From NCBI RefSeq assembly GCF_009914755.1, contig NC_060931.1: a stretch of 64,000 bases of DNA; one strand, written 5' to 3'. Source of the stretch: the human T2T-CHM13v2.0 reference genome, Homo sapiens. This document shows, one piece after another, positions 1 through 12,490 of this stretch. The notes beneath the pieces were generated by a model. It searched no databases, was not told where the DNA came from, and worked only from the letters and a program-made list of their open reading frames with translations. Within the stretch, counting starts at the first letter, position 1. Each line of letters begins with the position of its first letter. The translations under genes were made by a program, and so were the position numbers.

Positions 1-128
1 TGCGGCAGGAGAATTGCTTGAACCCGGGAGGCAGAGGTTGTGGTGAGCCAATATTGCGCCACTGCACTCCAGCCTGGGCAACAGAGTGAGATCCGTCTCA
101 AAAACAAACAAACAAACAAACCAAAAAC
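1..128 (+). mobile_element. Alu, 3' part cut by the window edge
   Basis: Right-arm motif gcactccagcctgggcaacagagtgaga followed by an (AAAC)n tail. Confidence 0.95.
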
Positions 129-479
129 AGAAATTTATTTTCTCACAGTTATGGAGGCTGGAAGTCCAAGATCAAGGTGTTGACAGGGTTGGCTTCCTCT
201 GAGGCCTCTCTCCTTGGCTTACAGATGGCCACCCACTCACCGTATCCTCACATAGTTGCCCCTCTGGGTACACATGCCACTGGTGTCTCTATGTGTGTCC
301 TTATCTCCTCTTCTTATTAGGACCCCAGTCAGATTGGATTAAGGGCCACCCTAATAACCTCATTTTAATTTAATATTTCTTTTAGGAACTATCTGTAAAT
401 ACATTCACATTCTGAGGTACTGGGGATTAGAGCTTCAACATATGACTTTAGGATGGGAAACACAATTCAGCCCACAACA
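129..479 (-). mobile_element. MaLR LTR, MLT1B-like
   Basis: agaaatttattttctcacagtt...ggaagtccaagatcaaggtg...cacaattcagcccacaaca is the reverse complement of an MLT1 LTR. Confidence 0.85.
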
Positions 480-499
480 TGTGAGTTGGAAGTTCAGCT

Positions 500-1493
500 A
501 CCCCTTGCCCTGTTGACACCTTCCCAGTCAAAGTGAGATATTCGCTCACACCTCTAAGTTCAGGTGCCACTAGAAAGGTGGAAGCAGATGATTGATTCAC
601 ACCATTTTATTACAGCAGGATTGGGGTAGAAATTAGGTTCTCAACTCTCTGCTGGGCCTCCCTGATGCCAGAGGAGGAGAGGGAGACAAGCAAAGTGCCA
701 ACTATCCCTGCCTCTACCGCTTTGTTCTGTCTCATTGATGCCAGGTGGAAGTGAAGACTCAGCAACCCACTGGGCCCTGCCTACATGGAGGTGTGGGGGT
801 AAGTGGAGTACTGACCAGACTTGAGTCACACGACCCAGTTCAGTTGTTGATGCTGGATGGGAGTGGAGTCTCAGCTTCCTATTGGTTACCACTGACACTA
901 GACTGAAGCATAACTGTGATGAGCCCTGCATCCCACCGTCTCTTTGAGTCTCACTGTGGGTGCAAGCTCAGCTCATTGCTGCACCCTGCCAACACAAGGT
1001 GAGGGATAGAAAACCAGATCCCTGCTCAGCCAGGCAAAGCCACCCTGAGTGGGATCACAGTGCTGCTGCCTGCCTCCAGTGAGTGGAGTAAAAAATCAGC
1101 CTCCTGTCCTATTCTACTCAAACTTTGAGAAAGGGAGGGTGCAGTTGTTACACTGGTATTTGCCCTGAGTAGGGCAGGTATCGCCAAAAAGTTCTGGCTA
1201 CGGGGAACGAACAGGCTCATCTTGGGGCTTTTTGTGTATGTTTGTTAGTGGCTCCAAGTTGAAAGCTTCTGCAGGACCCTGTCTGGAATATATGAGAGGC
1301 AATAAGGAAATCCAGGGAACTCAGTGCCATGTCATTCCTTGGGTCCCCAGGTTCCTAAGTAGTTCACCTTCTTCTTTTCAGTGTTAGAGTCTTCCTGTGC
1401 TTGTTTGTTGAGTTATGGCCAGGGTTTTTTTAGTTGTAAGAAAGAGGGTCTGGGAGGAATGAGGCTACTTCCATTTGCCCAGAACCAGAAGTC
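500..1493 (-). mobile_element. Old L1M 5' UTR fragment
   Basis: ccagggtttttttagttgt...gggaggaatgaggctacttccat...ccagaagt resembles an antisense L1MC/MD/ME 5' end. Confidence 0.55.
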
Positions 1494-2084
1494 CTCCTTA
1501 TAAACACTTTAATAGAAGAAATGCAAAGAAGATAGGGATTTTTATGGAATATTCCAACATAAAATCAGCAACTGATCTAAAACCTGAATTATCAAAAGGA
1601 ATATCAATTTCTAAAACCAGGGCAAGCTGACAAAATAAAGCTGAGCTATATAAAGGTATGTGTGCTGTAATACTCAACTTCAAGATGCTTTTGGATGAGC
1701 TCAATTCAACTAACATCAAAACAAAAGGAAATAAATTTTTCTACATTCGGAATATTTGTCACAAAACAAAGACCAACACTATCAGATAGGGCAATTCATG
1801 TTTTGTGTGTTTTAAATTTTTATTTTAAGAATAACTTTTAAATATTTGTAACAGCTTTCAATTTTTTAATTGATTTTATTTGGTGTTAGTGATACTTTTT
1901 TAGTTTTTTCTATCATCAGGTATAGATCATTTTTACATGTTATTAAAATACATAATCTCATCAAATGCAGTTAATATTGTATTTTTATTTTTATAGAAAA
2001 CCTCTGAAACTTTTAGCATAATTCTATCATCAAAAATGACACACCACTATTATTGTGGTCACTTATCAAAATTTGAAAACACAG

Positions 2085-2393
<309 letters not shown>

Positions 2394-2649
2394 TCACAAA
2401 AAAAAATAGGATGAATTCTGTTTTGAGAATTCCCAGGAATTTGTATTTTTTTTAACCTGAATCCTGAAGATATTTGTCAGGGATTTAGAAACACTATAAA
2501 AGGCAAATACTGTCCCAATTACCTTATTAACAAAGACTTTTTCTTTTTCAATGATCAAGACTTAATCAAAATTGTTTTTATCTCTTCAGTTTATATGTCC
2601 AGACTTACTTGGTTATTACAGGCACAGTGATGCAGTGAAATCATGACCT

Positions 2650-2960
2650 ATACCTAAACAGCCTGAAAATATTCAGCCTATAAAAGAAAAGACTTAGGTG
2701 AGAATTTAATAGCTGTCCTCATAAACTTCGAGAGCTCTCCTGAACAAGAGGGATTGCATTTGTTCTGTATGACCCAAGAGGAAAGAATTAGGATAAATGA
2801 GATGAAGTTACAGGAAAGAAAATTTTGACTTACTATATATATCCACTTTCTAGCAACTAGAGAATTCTGAAATGAGAGCAGACTCCCTCAAGCAATAGTG
2901 ATTTCTTGTCAAGGTAAAAGGCTGGACGACCATTTATCGGGGATATTATCAAAAAGACTC
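2650..2960 (+). mobile_element. L3/CR1 LINE 3' fragment
   Basis: ttcagcct...agacttag...tttgttctgtatgacccaagagg...gaagttacagga follows the CR1 ORF2 C-terminal pattern. Confidence 0.65.
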
Positions 2961-4927
2961 AGTGTTTGTGATTTTTTTTTTTTGGTGTGTATCATCTCAT
3001 TTTGTTCTCCAAGTGACACACATAGAAAATGTATTTAAATGGCTATGTATGAATGAAAATAGTAAAGTTCAGAGGGTATATTAGTTAGGATTCTTTGTAA
3101 ATTATAAAGCAATTTGAGCTAGCCTGAGCAAAAACAAAATACAGTATAAGAATAAATGGTATTTCACAGAACCTAAGGCCAGTGTAATGCAGCTGTCTCT
3201 AGGGTCGGACTGAGGCCAAAGCTCTCTCTCTCTCTGTATCTTCACCCTGTTTCTCTCTAACAACTGCTTTGTTCTCTATTTCTGCAGATGTATTTTCTAT
3301 GCTTCCCAACCACATAATGGGTAGGAGATATTTATGCCACAGATCCCCAATTTACATCTCTATCATTCAAGGGACCAGTCCAGAATGATTGGGTGCCTAA
3401 ATTATTCTGGACTTTATGCAGCCAATTAATCACATTATTCTCCCTTCTGAATGCTAAGCCAATTAAGAAATAGCCACAGTAAAACTGGATGGGATAATGT
3501 GGCTTAAACTTGAGGCCAAAATGTACTTTTCTGCAACTTTCCTTTGCCTTTGAATTGAATTCAGCCAGTCCAGGCAGATATCCAGATTGCATCTCAGGAG
3601 ATGGCCTGATCTGGCGGCCTGACCTGACGAGCTTATCAGATGGGAAAGACGTCCAGGAGGTGAGCACATTGCACTTGCACATATGCAAAAGGAGAATAAA
3701 GGATCTGGTCAGACATGTGCAATGACCCTTTACTGAAACCTACTAATTAAGTAAGTCACTCCACCAACTCCCTCAGGGTTGAGTTGCTGAAAAACGGAGA
3801 TAAGGGCAGAAACTTTCCTCATAACATTTTCAAAGATATTTTATACGATGGACTAAGGTAGGAATGTGCAGATGGGAAGAGAATAGCCTTCCCGCAATTA
3901 CCAATTCTTATTTCTGGAGATAGGGAAGTTAACTCACCCACTTTGAACCAGTTATTCATCTACGTCCAATCAATTATGGTTTTAGGAGAGTCTCTCGATG
4001 CATAAACAGCATGGCCAGGGGACAACCATTACAGATAGGACAGGCGATTTTTGGTAAAAGATGGCTAGACAGATACATGAATAAGTACACTCAGAATGCA
4101 TACACTTCTTCGTTTACATTATAAAGTTATTCTTGACTCATAATATCCAGCTACCTCACGTTCAAATGCAAATACACACAAGTACACACACACTCATTCA
4201 CACATGCTCTGCAGTGGAGGACTACCCAAGTAATGAGTGGATAATCCATTACATTAGGAAGTGATGTTGCCTTGAGGTCACTGCTCTTCCTGTGTAAAAT
4301 TTCTGGATGAGGTCCATTTCCTCCCCGAATCCAGTTTTAATTTTGTTCTCATTTTCTTAAAATTTAGAGATTAAATTACAAACGTAACCACTCTCAATAT
4401 ATCTAATATACAACACTTGGGGAAATGGCCATATAGAGAAATAGCGACGGAAAGAAAGCTCCACATAGTGGTCACTGGTCTGTGATTTATTCTGCTGGAC
4501 AGTGGCAGTTTGAAAAGCTTGAAAGAACAGGTGACTTATTTGGGCATAATTTTGACTCACTCCTTTGGCGTGTTTCTTGACCCTATAGTGAACTTTCAGT
4601 TTGTGTTATTTCTTCTTTGGATTGTGTCTGAAAATTTCCTAAGAATTGACTCTTCTGGTATGAGTCAACTATGGGTCCCTTTCACCAGATTTAGTATTTT
4701 TCACTGACATTTTCATTCTTATAAAACATTTCTGGTTGGCTCTCACATCCATTTTGGACTCCATTTGCTAAAATCCAGCACCACAAATCTTGTTAGGTCA
4801 TGCTCCAAATTGAATAGCCAGGACTTGTTCACTCTACTCAGGCGTATGTTCTGTTTTGTTCGTTTTTGAAGTAAGTCTGAAGGTTTCACCATCCATATGG
4901 TCTTTAATACATGAATTAAAAACTATA

Positions 4928-5105
<178 letters not shown>

Positions 5106-5114
5106 CTATAGCCT

Positions 5115-5247
5115 GGCCGGGTGCAGTGGATCATGCCTGTAATCCCAGTACTTTAGGAGGCCAAGGTGGGAGGATCACTTGAGCCCAGGAGTTCAAGACC
5201 ATCTGGGCAACATAGCAAGACCCCATCTCTAAAACAACAACAACAAA
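5115..5247 (+). mobile_element. Alu left monomer (FLAM-like)
   Basis: ggccgggtgcagtgg...ccccatctct plus tail; TSD aaaaactat(a/g)gcct at 5101-5114 and 5248-5261. Confidence 0.9.
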
Positions 5248-5565
5248 AAAAACTATGGCCTGATACGAGGTAGCTAGCATAACAGAACTCCTTCCTTTCT
5301 TATCAGCTATGGAAATATTGTCCCTATTCTCCTATTTTAGCTAGTGAGAAGGACTTTGGAAGGATGGGGGTGGGAGGTAGAAGTATGGTCAGTCTTTCTC
5401 CACTCTTCTGCTTCTTCCAGGATATTCCCATTCCTGTTTCCAGGATCTTGCGTTTTCTTGGTCCAGACATTTATTTATCCTAACTACAAAAAGGAGAGTC
5501 AACTCAGAACTTGACTACTGCAATTCACATTTCCTTGATTTATTTCTTCATCAGTACCTCAGCAA

Positions 5566-5859
5566 TTGATTGATTAATTGATTGAGACAGTCTTGCTGTG
5601 CTCACTGGAGTACAGTGGCATGATCTTTGCTCACTGCAACCTCCACCTCCCAGGTTCAAGCAATTCTCCCTTCCCCAGCCTCTCGAGTAGCTGGAATTAC
5701 AGGTGCCTGCCACCATGCCCAGCTAATTTTTGTATTTTTAAGAGAGACAGGCTTTCGCCATGTTGGCCAGTTTGGTCTTGAACTCCTGACCTCAAGTGAT
5801 CCGCCCGCCTTGGCCTCCCAAAGTGCTGGGATTACAGGCGTGAGCCACTGCACCCGGCC
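5566..5859 (-). mobile_element. Alu (AluS-type)
   Basis: Antisense dimer ending cacccggcc, (ATTG)n tail. Confidence 0.95.
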
Positions 5860-6689
5860 AGCAATCTATTTAGAAGCTCAGATTTTCTCTCTGTGCTTCC
5901 AGTCAAGCAAATCTAAGTTGGTTTTTTTCTTCTGCACCTTATACTGACAGCTACAAAAAATAGATATATAGTAATATTTTCTACCAAGGCCCCCCATGGC
6001 TTGGTGGAGAATGATCTGAGATGTAAGAGACAATGAGCAGGTTTTCCTACTTACTTCAATATTGCAGAAAGACTGTAAGTTTCTATCCTAAGATTGGGGT
6101 GGTAGGTGGGAGTGTGAGGCTCCTCCCAATCTGACACCTGCCTTAACTTCACTCATTTTATATTTTCTGATTAAGAATCTGTTACTCCGAACCCTATCAC
6201 AGGTAGCACTTTGTATATTAAATAAGATTCTCTGTTGCCTTAAGCTGTATGCAACAGAAACTGTATCGAGCCAGCCTAAGCAAGAAAAGAATTTAAGAAT
6301 TCAGAAGGGCACTCAGGCCTAAGAAAGAGATAGAAAAGTTACCAGATCTTTCTTCATCTCTCATATCTTCTTCTCTCTGCATGTTTGCTTTATTTATTTA
6401 TTTTCTCTGAAGTTAGGCTTTCTCTGTTTCTCTTTCCACATACCAGGTAAGATCATGGTCACTCAGCAGCTTCCAACTTCATATGTCTTTTCTTTGAGAA
6501 ACCAAGGGTAGTATGCTAAAACCATTGTTGGTTTTTTTTCAGATATGTCCAGGGAGAAAATCTGGTTGACCAGTTTGTCCTTATAGTGAACCTTCATCAG
6601 TGGTGTGTGTTCAATATCAAAACATCTTTCTAATTATAAAGAATCTTCAGTTAGGTGAGCAGATATTTCATCTCCCCACCTTTTGGTTC

Positions 6690-7080
6690 CTAAAACAAAG
6701 ACATGTGACCCAAGTCCCACCAATATGATGTTTTTGCCTGGAACTTTATCAAGTGATACACACAATTTGGAATTTTTCTATGGCTGTGGCACCAATGGCA
6801 GTGGCTTCTGGTTCTGGTGGCAGTAGTGGCTTCCAGCATCTGATGATACAGTGGTGACTGCTCGGCAAAGACAGCAGTCATGTCCTAACCAGGTTCTTTC
6901 TGCAGCATAATTTTAAATGTCCTGAGTTATGGCCTCCCTTAATTATTGCTCATTTCTTTCCAAGCCCAATCTTCAGTTCTTCTCATTGATTCTGTGAGCG
7001 TTCCTAAACTCTTCTAATAATGTTTTTTTTCCTCAAATATACCAGAATGATTTTATGTTGTTTACAACTAAGAACTTGCC
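6690..7080 (+). mobile_element. Old MaLR LTR fragment (MLT1 I-L group)
   Basis: 3' end resembling aataa...ccagaatgattttatgttgtttacaactaagaac. Confidence 0.45.
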
Positions 7081-8399
7081 TATATTCTAATGAGCTAAAC
7101 CAGTGGGTAGGGGCCTTGTAGAGCAAACCTGATTGTCAGAGGTCTACCCCTGTGAACAGGAAGAACAGTTCCCAGAGAAGACAGAATCAGTGGACATCCC
7201 AATAAGTGTCTTTTTGCATTAATATTGGAAAAGTTGTCCAAGACCATAGAAGAGCTGAATATCAGAACTTTAAGAAGAATCTGCACATCTCACTACTCAA
7301 TATAGGATTTATTCCTTTGTCCCAAGGATTAATTTTAATTCTTGAATTAATAATGGATGGGGATACCTAAGGTTATTATAGAAAGGCCAACATAAGCCCT
7401 TCACAATCTCAATAATTTGCTATTTCACCAAACTGAAAAACCTATTTCAAAAAAGAAAAGGCTGAATTCAATTAAACAACCTGGTTCTTTCAAAATAACT
7501 GGTTACCTAATTAAACCTTACTATTGCCTTAAACTTTGTAAACATATCTTAAACACTACTATGCTAAGATGGGGCAGAGGAATGAATTACTGATAAAATT
7601 CATAGTTAATTGAAAATGATATCAAAAACATTTTAATACTTTTCACCACATAATAAAATAAAAACTGTGTGATTTGAGTTTTTATCTCCTTTTATGGGCC
7701 TGTTTAATTTCTGTAAAGGAGCTTTGAAATTAAGCAAAATAGAAAGGGAAATAGTAATTTGGATAATCAGTCCCAAATAAACAAGAATTGCTAATTGCAT
7801 TTCTTGTACACAACTAGGAGTAAATTCAAAAACTGAAAGTAAATTGGACATGATGCTCAGAGAGTATCCTTGAGCATGAGTAACTAAAATTAACCAGAAT
7901 TTTAAATAAACTGGGGACTCCTAGACTTCTGAAGACATGAATGAGGCTATTAGAACTCTCTTTCTCCTACTCATCCATTAGCAATGTCGGGAACAGTTCA
8001 TAAAAGATTAATGTTTAAATGCTTAAGAATATATATTTGAATACCTTGAAAACACCAAGCAATGCTTTTTAAATTAATTGATAAGTCATTTTATACTTGT
8101 GATGTAGACTTAGACTTTTTTGTAGTAACAAGCCAGAAAACATCTATCCTTCTGAGAGATAATATGTGAAAGAATTGTAGAAGAAATGAGAAAGATGATT
8201 AGTAATCCTGTATTGCTTCTTGAGACAGCAATTCTCTCGTAAGTGGAAACTTAGGCAAGCATCAGTGATGAGAAATAGATACATTTTACTCTTTACTTCA
8301 TGGTTGAGAAGTGCCTGTAATTCACCTTTCAAATAAGAGGCAACATGTATAGCATAATCCCACAGTATTATGAAATTTTGGAGGTGAAAGGGACCTTGA

Positions 8400-8545
8400 T
8401 GTATCGGTAAGCTATTGCTCTATAACAAGCCATTCCCAAAACTCAGTGGTTTAAAACATTTATTATTGTTCAAGCATCTACAGATTAGCTAAGGGTAGGC
8501 TGAGCTCATCTGGGGTGATTCTGCTCCATGTGTTTCTCATTCTCC
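8400..8545 (-). mobile_element. MLT1G/H-like LTR fragment
   Basis: tgtatcggtaagctattgct...cccaaaactcagtggtttaaaacatttatt. Confidence 0.6.
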
Positions 8546-8584
8546 ATAAACCACAAACAAAATAATAATAATAATAATAATAGT

Positions 8585-8825
8585 ATTTTTTTAAGTTCTC
8601 ACTTGTTGAAGGCTTACTATGTGCTAAAAGCACTTTAAAATGTTATCTCCTTTACTTCTCACAAAAACATTATGAGGTAGGTACTACTAATATCCTAATT
8701 TCACAGATGAGGAAACAAAGAAGGAATTTCCCCAAGCTCAAGAAGCTACTGTATGGTGAACCTGGAGCACACAGATGAAGGTCTACCTGACACTAAACTT
8801 TATGTTCTTAATCATTCTGTTATAT
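8585..8825 (-). mobile_element. MIR
   Basis: Core motif tatgaggtaggtactact...tttcacagatgaggaaac. Confidence 0.85.
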
Positions 8826-9504
8826 TCTGTTTCATGAAATTTACTATTCCATTTTCAGAGAGTTCTAACCACTAAGAAGTTATTCTTATATTCAGTGAAA
8901 TGATTTTCTCTATAACTTTTAATCACTGATCTTAATTTGGCCCTTGAGTACATACAGGATAAAGATAATAATCATAAATTAAATGATATAGTAAAAGTGC
9001 CTGACAAACAGAATGTGTTCCACAAAAATTAATCTAAGTCAGCCCCACAATAGGCATAACAGTCGTTAATAAAATGTTCAACCGGGCAGGGCCAGAATTA
9101 TTTGCAGTTTTACCCAGTTGGCACTTATCCTATTATACAGAAAACTATCCAACCTAGGATAAATACAATGTTTAAGTCCAGATATACTGTGTCTATAACA
9201 TTTCCTTTATCTATCAGCCTAGTAATCTTGTCAAAAAGGAAATGAGCCCTAGATTGAATAAGCAACAGACAATTAGAATTTAGAGGGTAGAGAGGAGGTA
9301 AGGGAACATTAAATAATGCTTTTTAAAATTAATCAGCATATATTTTATTAATAAGCAAGCAGGCAAAACCTAGTAAATGTTGACTTTCTTTCTATTTGGA
9401 AAAAATTTAATTTGTTCAAAGGTAAACTTTTGTTTATATTATAGGTTTACCTAAGCTGATGAGAGAACTGAGTACATAATACCTATTGAGGATAATAAAC
9501 TTGT

Positions 9505-9858
9505 TAAAAGATGATTTTCAAAATGACAAAATACAAATATTAAAAGAGCATATGTGAAAATTTTTATTTAACTCATTAATTAATGAAGGACCCTGTAAGA
9601 TATTACAAGCTATTCAAAAAAGAATAGAAACAGTCATATGTAGGCAAGCAGGAATGTTGAAGTAAATGTGCTAATATGTGCAAATTAATAGATCCTATAG
9701 GTACTAAATTGTAATGTTTGGAATCATCTTTTCTACAGAGAGGAAATCAATTATATCTCTATGATAAAATTCATTAGCATGTCTATGGAAAAGAATAATT
9801 TGCATTTTACTGTCAGTCAATTTTTTACAACTTCCTGAGTTGTAAAATAGCTCAGTCA
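9505..9858 (+). mobile_element. Ancient interspersed repeat, Helitron-like (copy 1)
   Basis: Colinear with 57037-58368 (ttaactcattaattaat, gaaatcaatt, atggaaaa); perfect hairpin at 9823-9847. Confidence 0.45.
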
Positions 9859-10852
9859 AGGGCAGTCCAAAGCACAGGTTCCAACAGAATCAGATAACCT
9901 TACCTTGGAGAGTAAGCCAGACAGTGTCAGACGTTCCAGAACACCCAGAATTGTGCCCATTCAAAATTCTTCACTAGTCTTCCTGACAAAGTTTCTAGAA
10001 GAACATCAAGGAGAAAAACTGGGGGAAGTGCTGATTACATGAAAATGTACACTGGTTGAAACGTTTTACAATTTTTTAAAAACATATTATTTGAGACTCT
10101 TTGAGAAAAAAGATAATCCCGGAAAATCATGAAATTATTTTTTTTTAATTTTTTTGTCACATCCTTCAAATAAACTGTTAATCATGATATACAAGGTCAG
10201 ATGGAAATTGAAAAAAGGAAAAATTAACGTTTTTTAATATACCCTCCCATTTGTCTGCCAAAATTGTATTTAAAAGTAGTGTTATATAATTAATGATATT
10301 TTATATTTTCAGATGATTGCTAACAAGCCAAAGAAAAAAATTTCCCTGATCGTATTTGGAATTAAAAAAATCATTGATTGAATGAACTAGTAATATTTTA
10401 TTTAGCATTTCCTTGTATTTAGAGTGGTAAGAATTTCTATGTCAGCTCTGTCCTCTGCATTGACAAATCAGAAGGTCCTGAATCCTCTTTACTCTGTTAT
10501 GAGATCATAAAAAAGAAATTAAAAGTCAATTGCTCTCCACTGAAAATCCTAGAATTGAGAATCAAGGAATAATCTTCTCTTCCAACCAAAGTCCCTGTGT
10601 GACTAAAGATCAGTGTAATTTTAAAATGTGGCAACTTGTATATTAAAATGTCATATAGAATTTTTAAAAATCTTTTATTGAGATTCAAAAATAGACAAAG
10701 AAAATATAATAATGGCTAATAAGCACATAGAAAGATGTTCAACATCACTGGTTATTAGGGAAATGCAAATCAAAATCACAATAAGACACTACTTTACATC
10801 CATCAAAATGGCTATTGTTTCTTAAAAATTGAACACACTAGGCATTAGTGAG

Positions 10853-11244
10853 TGTCTTACTTCGTTTTGTGCTGCTGTAATAAAATACCACAGACTGGAT
10901 AATTTATAAAGAACAGAAATTTATTCTCTCACAGTTCTGGAGGCTGAGCAGTTCATGATCAAGGGACTGGCAAGTTAAGAACTGGTCTCTCTGCTTCCAA
11001 GATAGTGCCTGGAATGCTGAGTTCTCTGGAGAGAAGAAACGTGGTTTCCTCAACTGACAAACAGGCAGGAGAGAGAGAGAACCTACTCCTGCAGGCCTGT
11101 TTTATAGCAGCATTAATCCATTCATAAGGGTGGAGCCTCATGACTTAAACACCTCCCATCACGCCCTATCTCCCAACACTGTTGCCTTGGAGATTAAGTT
11201 TCAACATGAGTTTTGGAGTGGACGAAAACATTTAAACCATAGCA
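10853..11244 (-). mobile_element. MST LTR (MaLR)
   Basis: tgtcttac...aataccacagactggataatttataaagaac...aaaccatagca; degenerate 5-bp TSD. Confidence 0.85.
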
Positions 11245-11460
11245 ATAAGGATGTAGAAAAATTAGAACCATCCCATATTGCTGGTAAGAATGTAAAATGG
11301 TGCAGCCACTATGGAAAATAGTATGGCAGCTCCTCAAAAAGTTAAACATAGAATTACCACATGATCTAGCATTCTATTTCTAGGTATATACCTAAAATAA
11401 TTAAAAGTAGGGGCTCAAACAGATGCTTGTACAGCAATGTTCACAGCAGCATTATTCACT

Positions 11461-11969
11461 TGTAGAATTTAAGACACTCTACCCCAAAATACTTATTTAA
11501 GCTGAAAGAATTTGAGAAAACAGCAGAATCAGGAAGGTCACCCTCACTTTACTCCACCCTTCTTTTCTGAAGCAGGTCATAAAACTTAGGCAGGATTTTC
11601 TGACCTTCCCTTGAAGCAGGTCATAGCACCCTCATGTGAGAGGTGCCCTCTCTAATACCTGGATAAAGCAGCCAAAGACAGAGACACGAATAATCTGAAC
11701 AGGCAGGCCTTGCTAAGTTTCCCCAAATTCATTACTGGTAGATTACACCCACTATGTCCAAGTCTACTTCTCCACGTCTATACATTTATTCATCAAACTT
11801 GGCATAAAAGTACACATGTTTAATCTGCTTCTTTGGGTCTTCATTGCCTTATGCAGGCTCCCATGTCACATAAAACTTATATTGAATAAATTCATATGCT
11901 TTTCTCTTGTTGATCTGCATTTCAGCCATGAACCTGGGATAAGTGAGGAAATACTTCTCTTCCCCTATA
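11461..11969 (+). mobile_element. ERV1 solo LTR, LTR37A-like
   Basis: TG start, taccccaaaata, aataaa near the 3' end; splits the L1 at ttcac. Confidence 0.7.
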
Positions 11970-12490
11970 TCGCAGTAGGCAACAGGTAGAAACAACCCAA
12001 ATGTCCATCAACAAATGAATGGATAAACTAAATGTGGCATATACATATAATGAAATATTATTCAGCCTTAAAAAGGAATGAAATTTTGTTACATGCTACA
12101 ACATGGATGAACCTTGAAAACATTGTGTTAAGTGAAATAAGCCAGACTCAAAGGGACAAATATTGTGTAATTTCACTTATATGAAGTACCTAAAATAGTC
12201 AAATTCATAGAGACAGAAAGTAGAATAGAAGTTTTCAGGGACTGAGAGGAATAGGGATAGGGAGTTATTGATTAATGGTCATAGTGTTTCTGTCTGGGAT
12301 GATGAAAGAGTTTTGGAAATGGAGAGTGGTAATGGTTGCACAACAATGTAAATGTACATAATGCCACTGAACTGTACACTTAAAAAAGGTTAAAATGATA
12401 AATTTTATGTTATGTATATGTTATCGCAATGAGGAAAAAAATCACTAGTTGGAAGTCAAGAATGTTTTAAAGCTTTTTCAGAGCTCCAAG

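Larger units (their letters stand above)
10690..12440 (+). mobile_element. L1MB-type 3' end, interrupted by two LTRs
   Basis: gaaatgcaaatcaaaa, aaacaacccaaatgtccatcaacaaatgaatggataaa, gccactgaactgtacacttaaaa. Confidence 0.9.

Noticed and set aside
3564-3659. Possible + strand exon ending at GAG/GTGAGC
   Set aside because: Weak acceptor, no partner exons and no recognisable protein.
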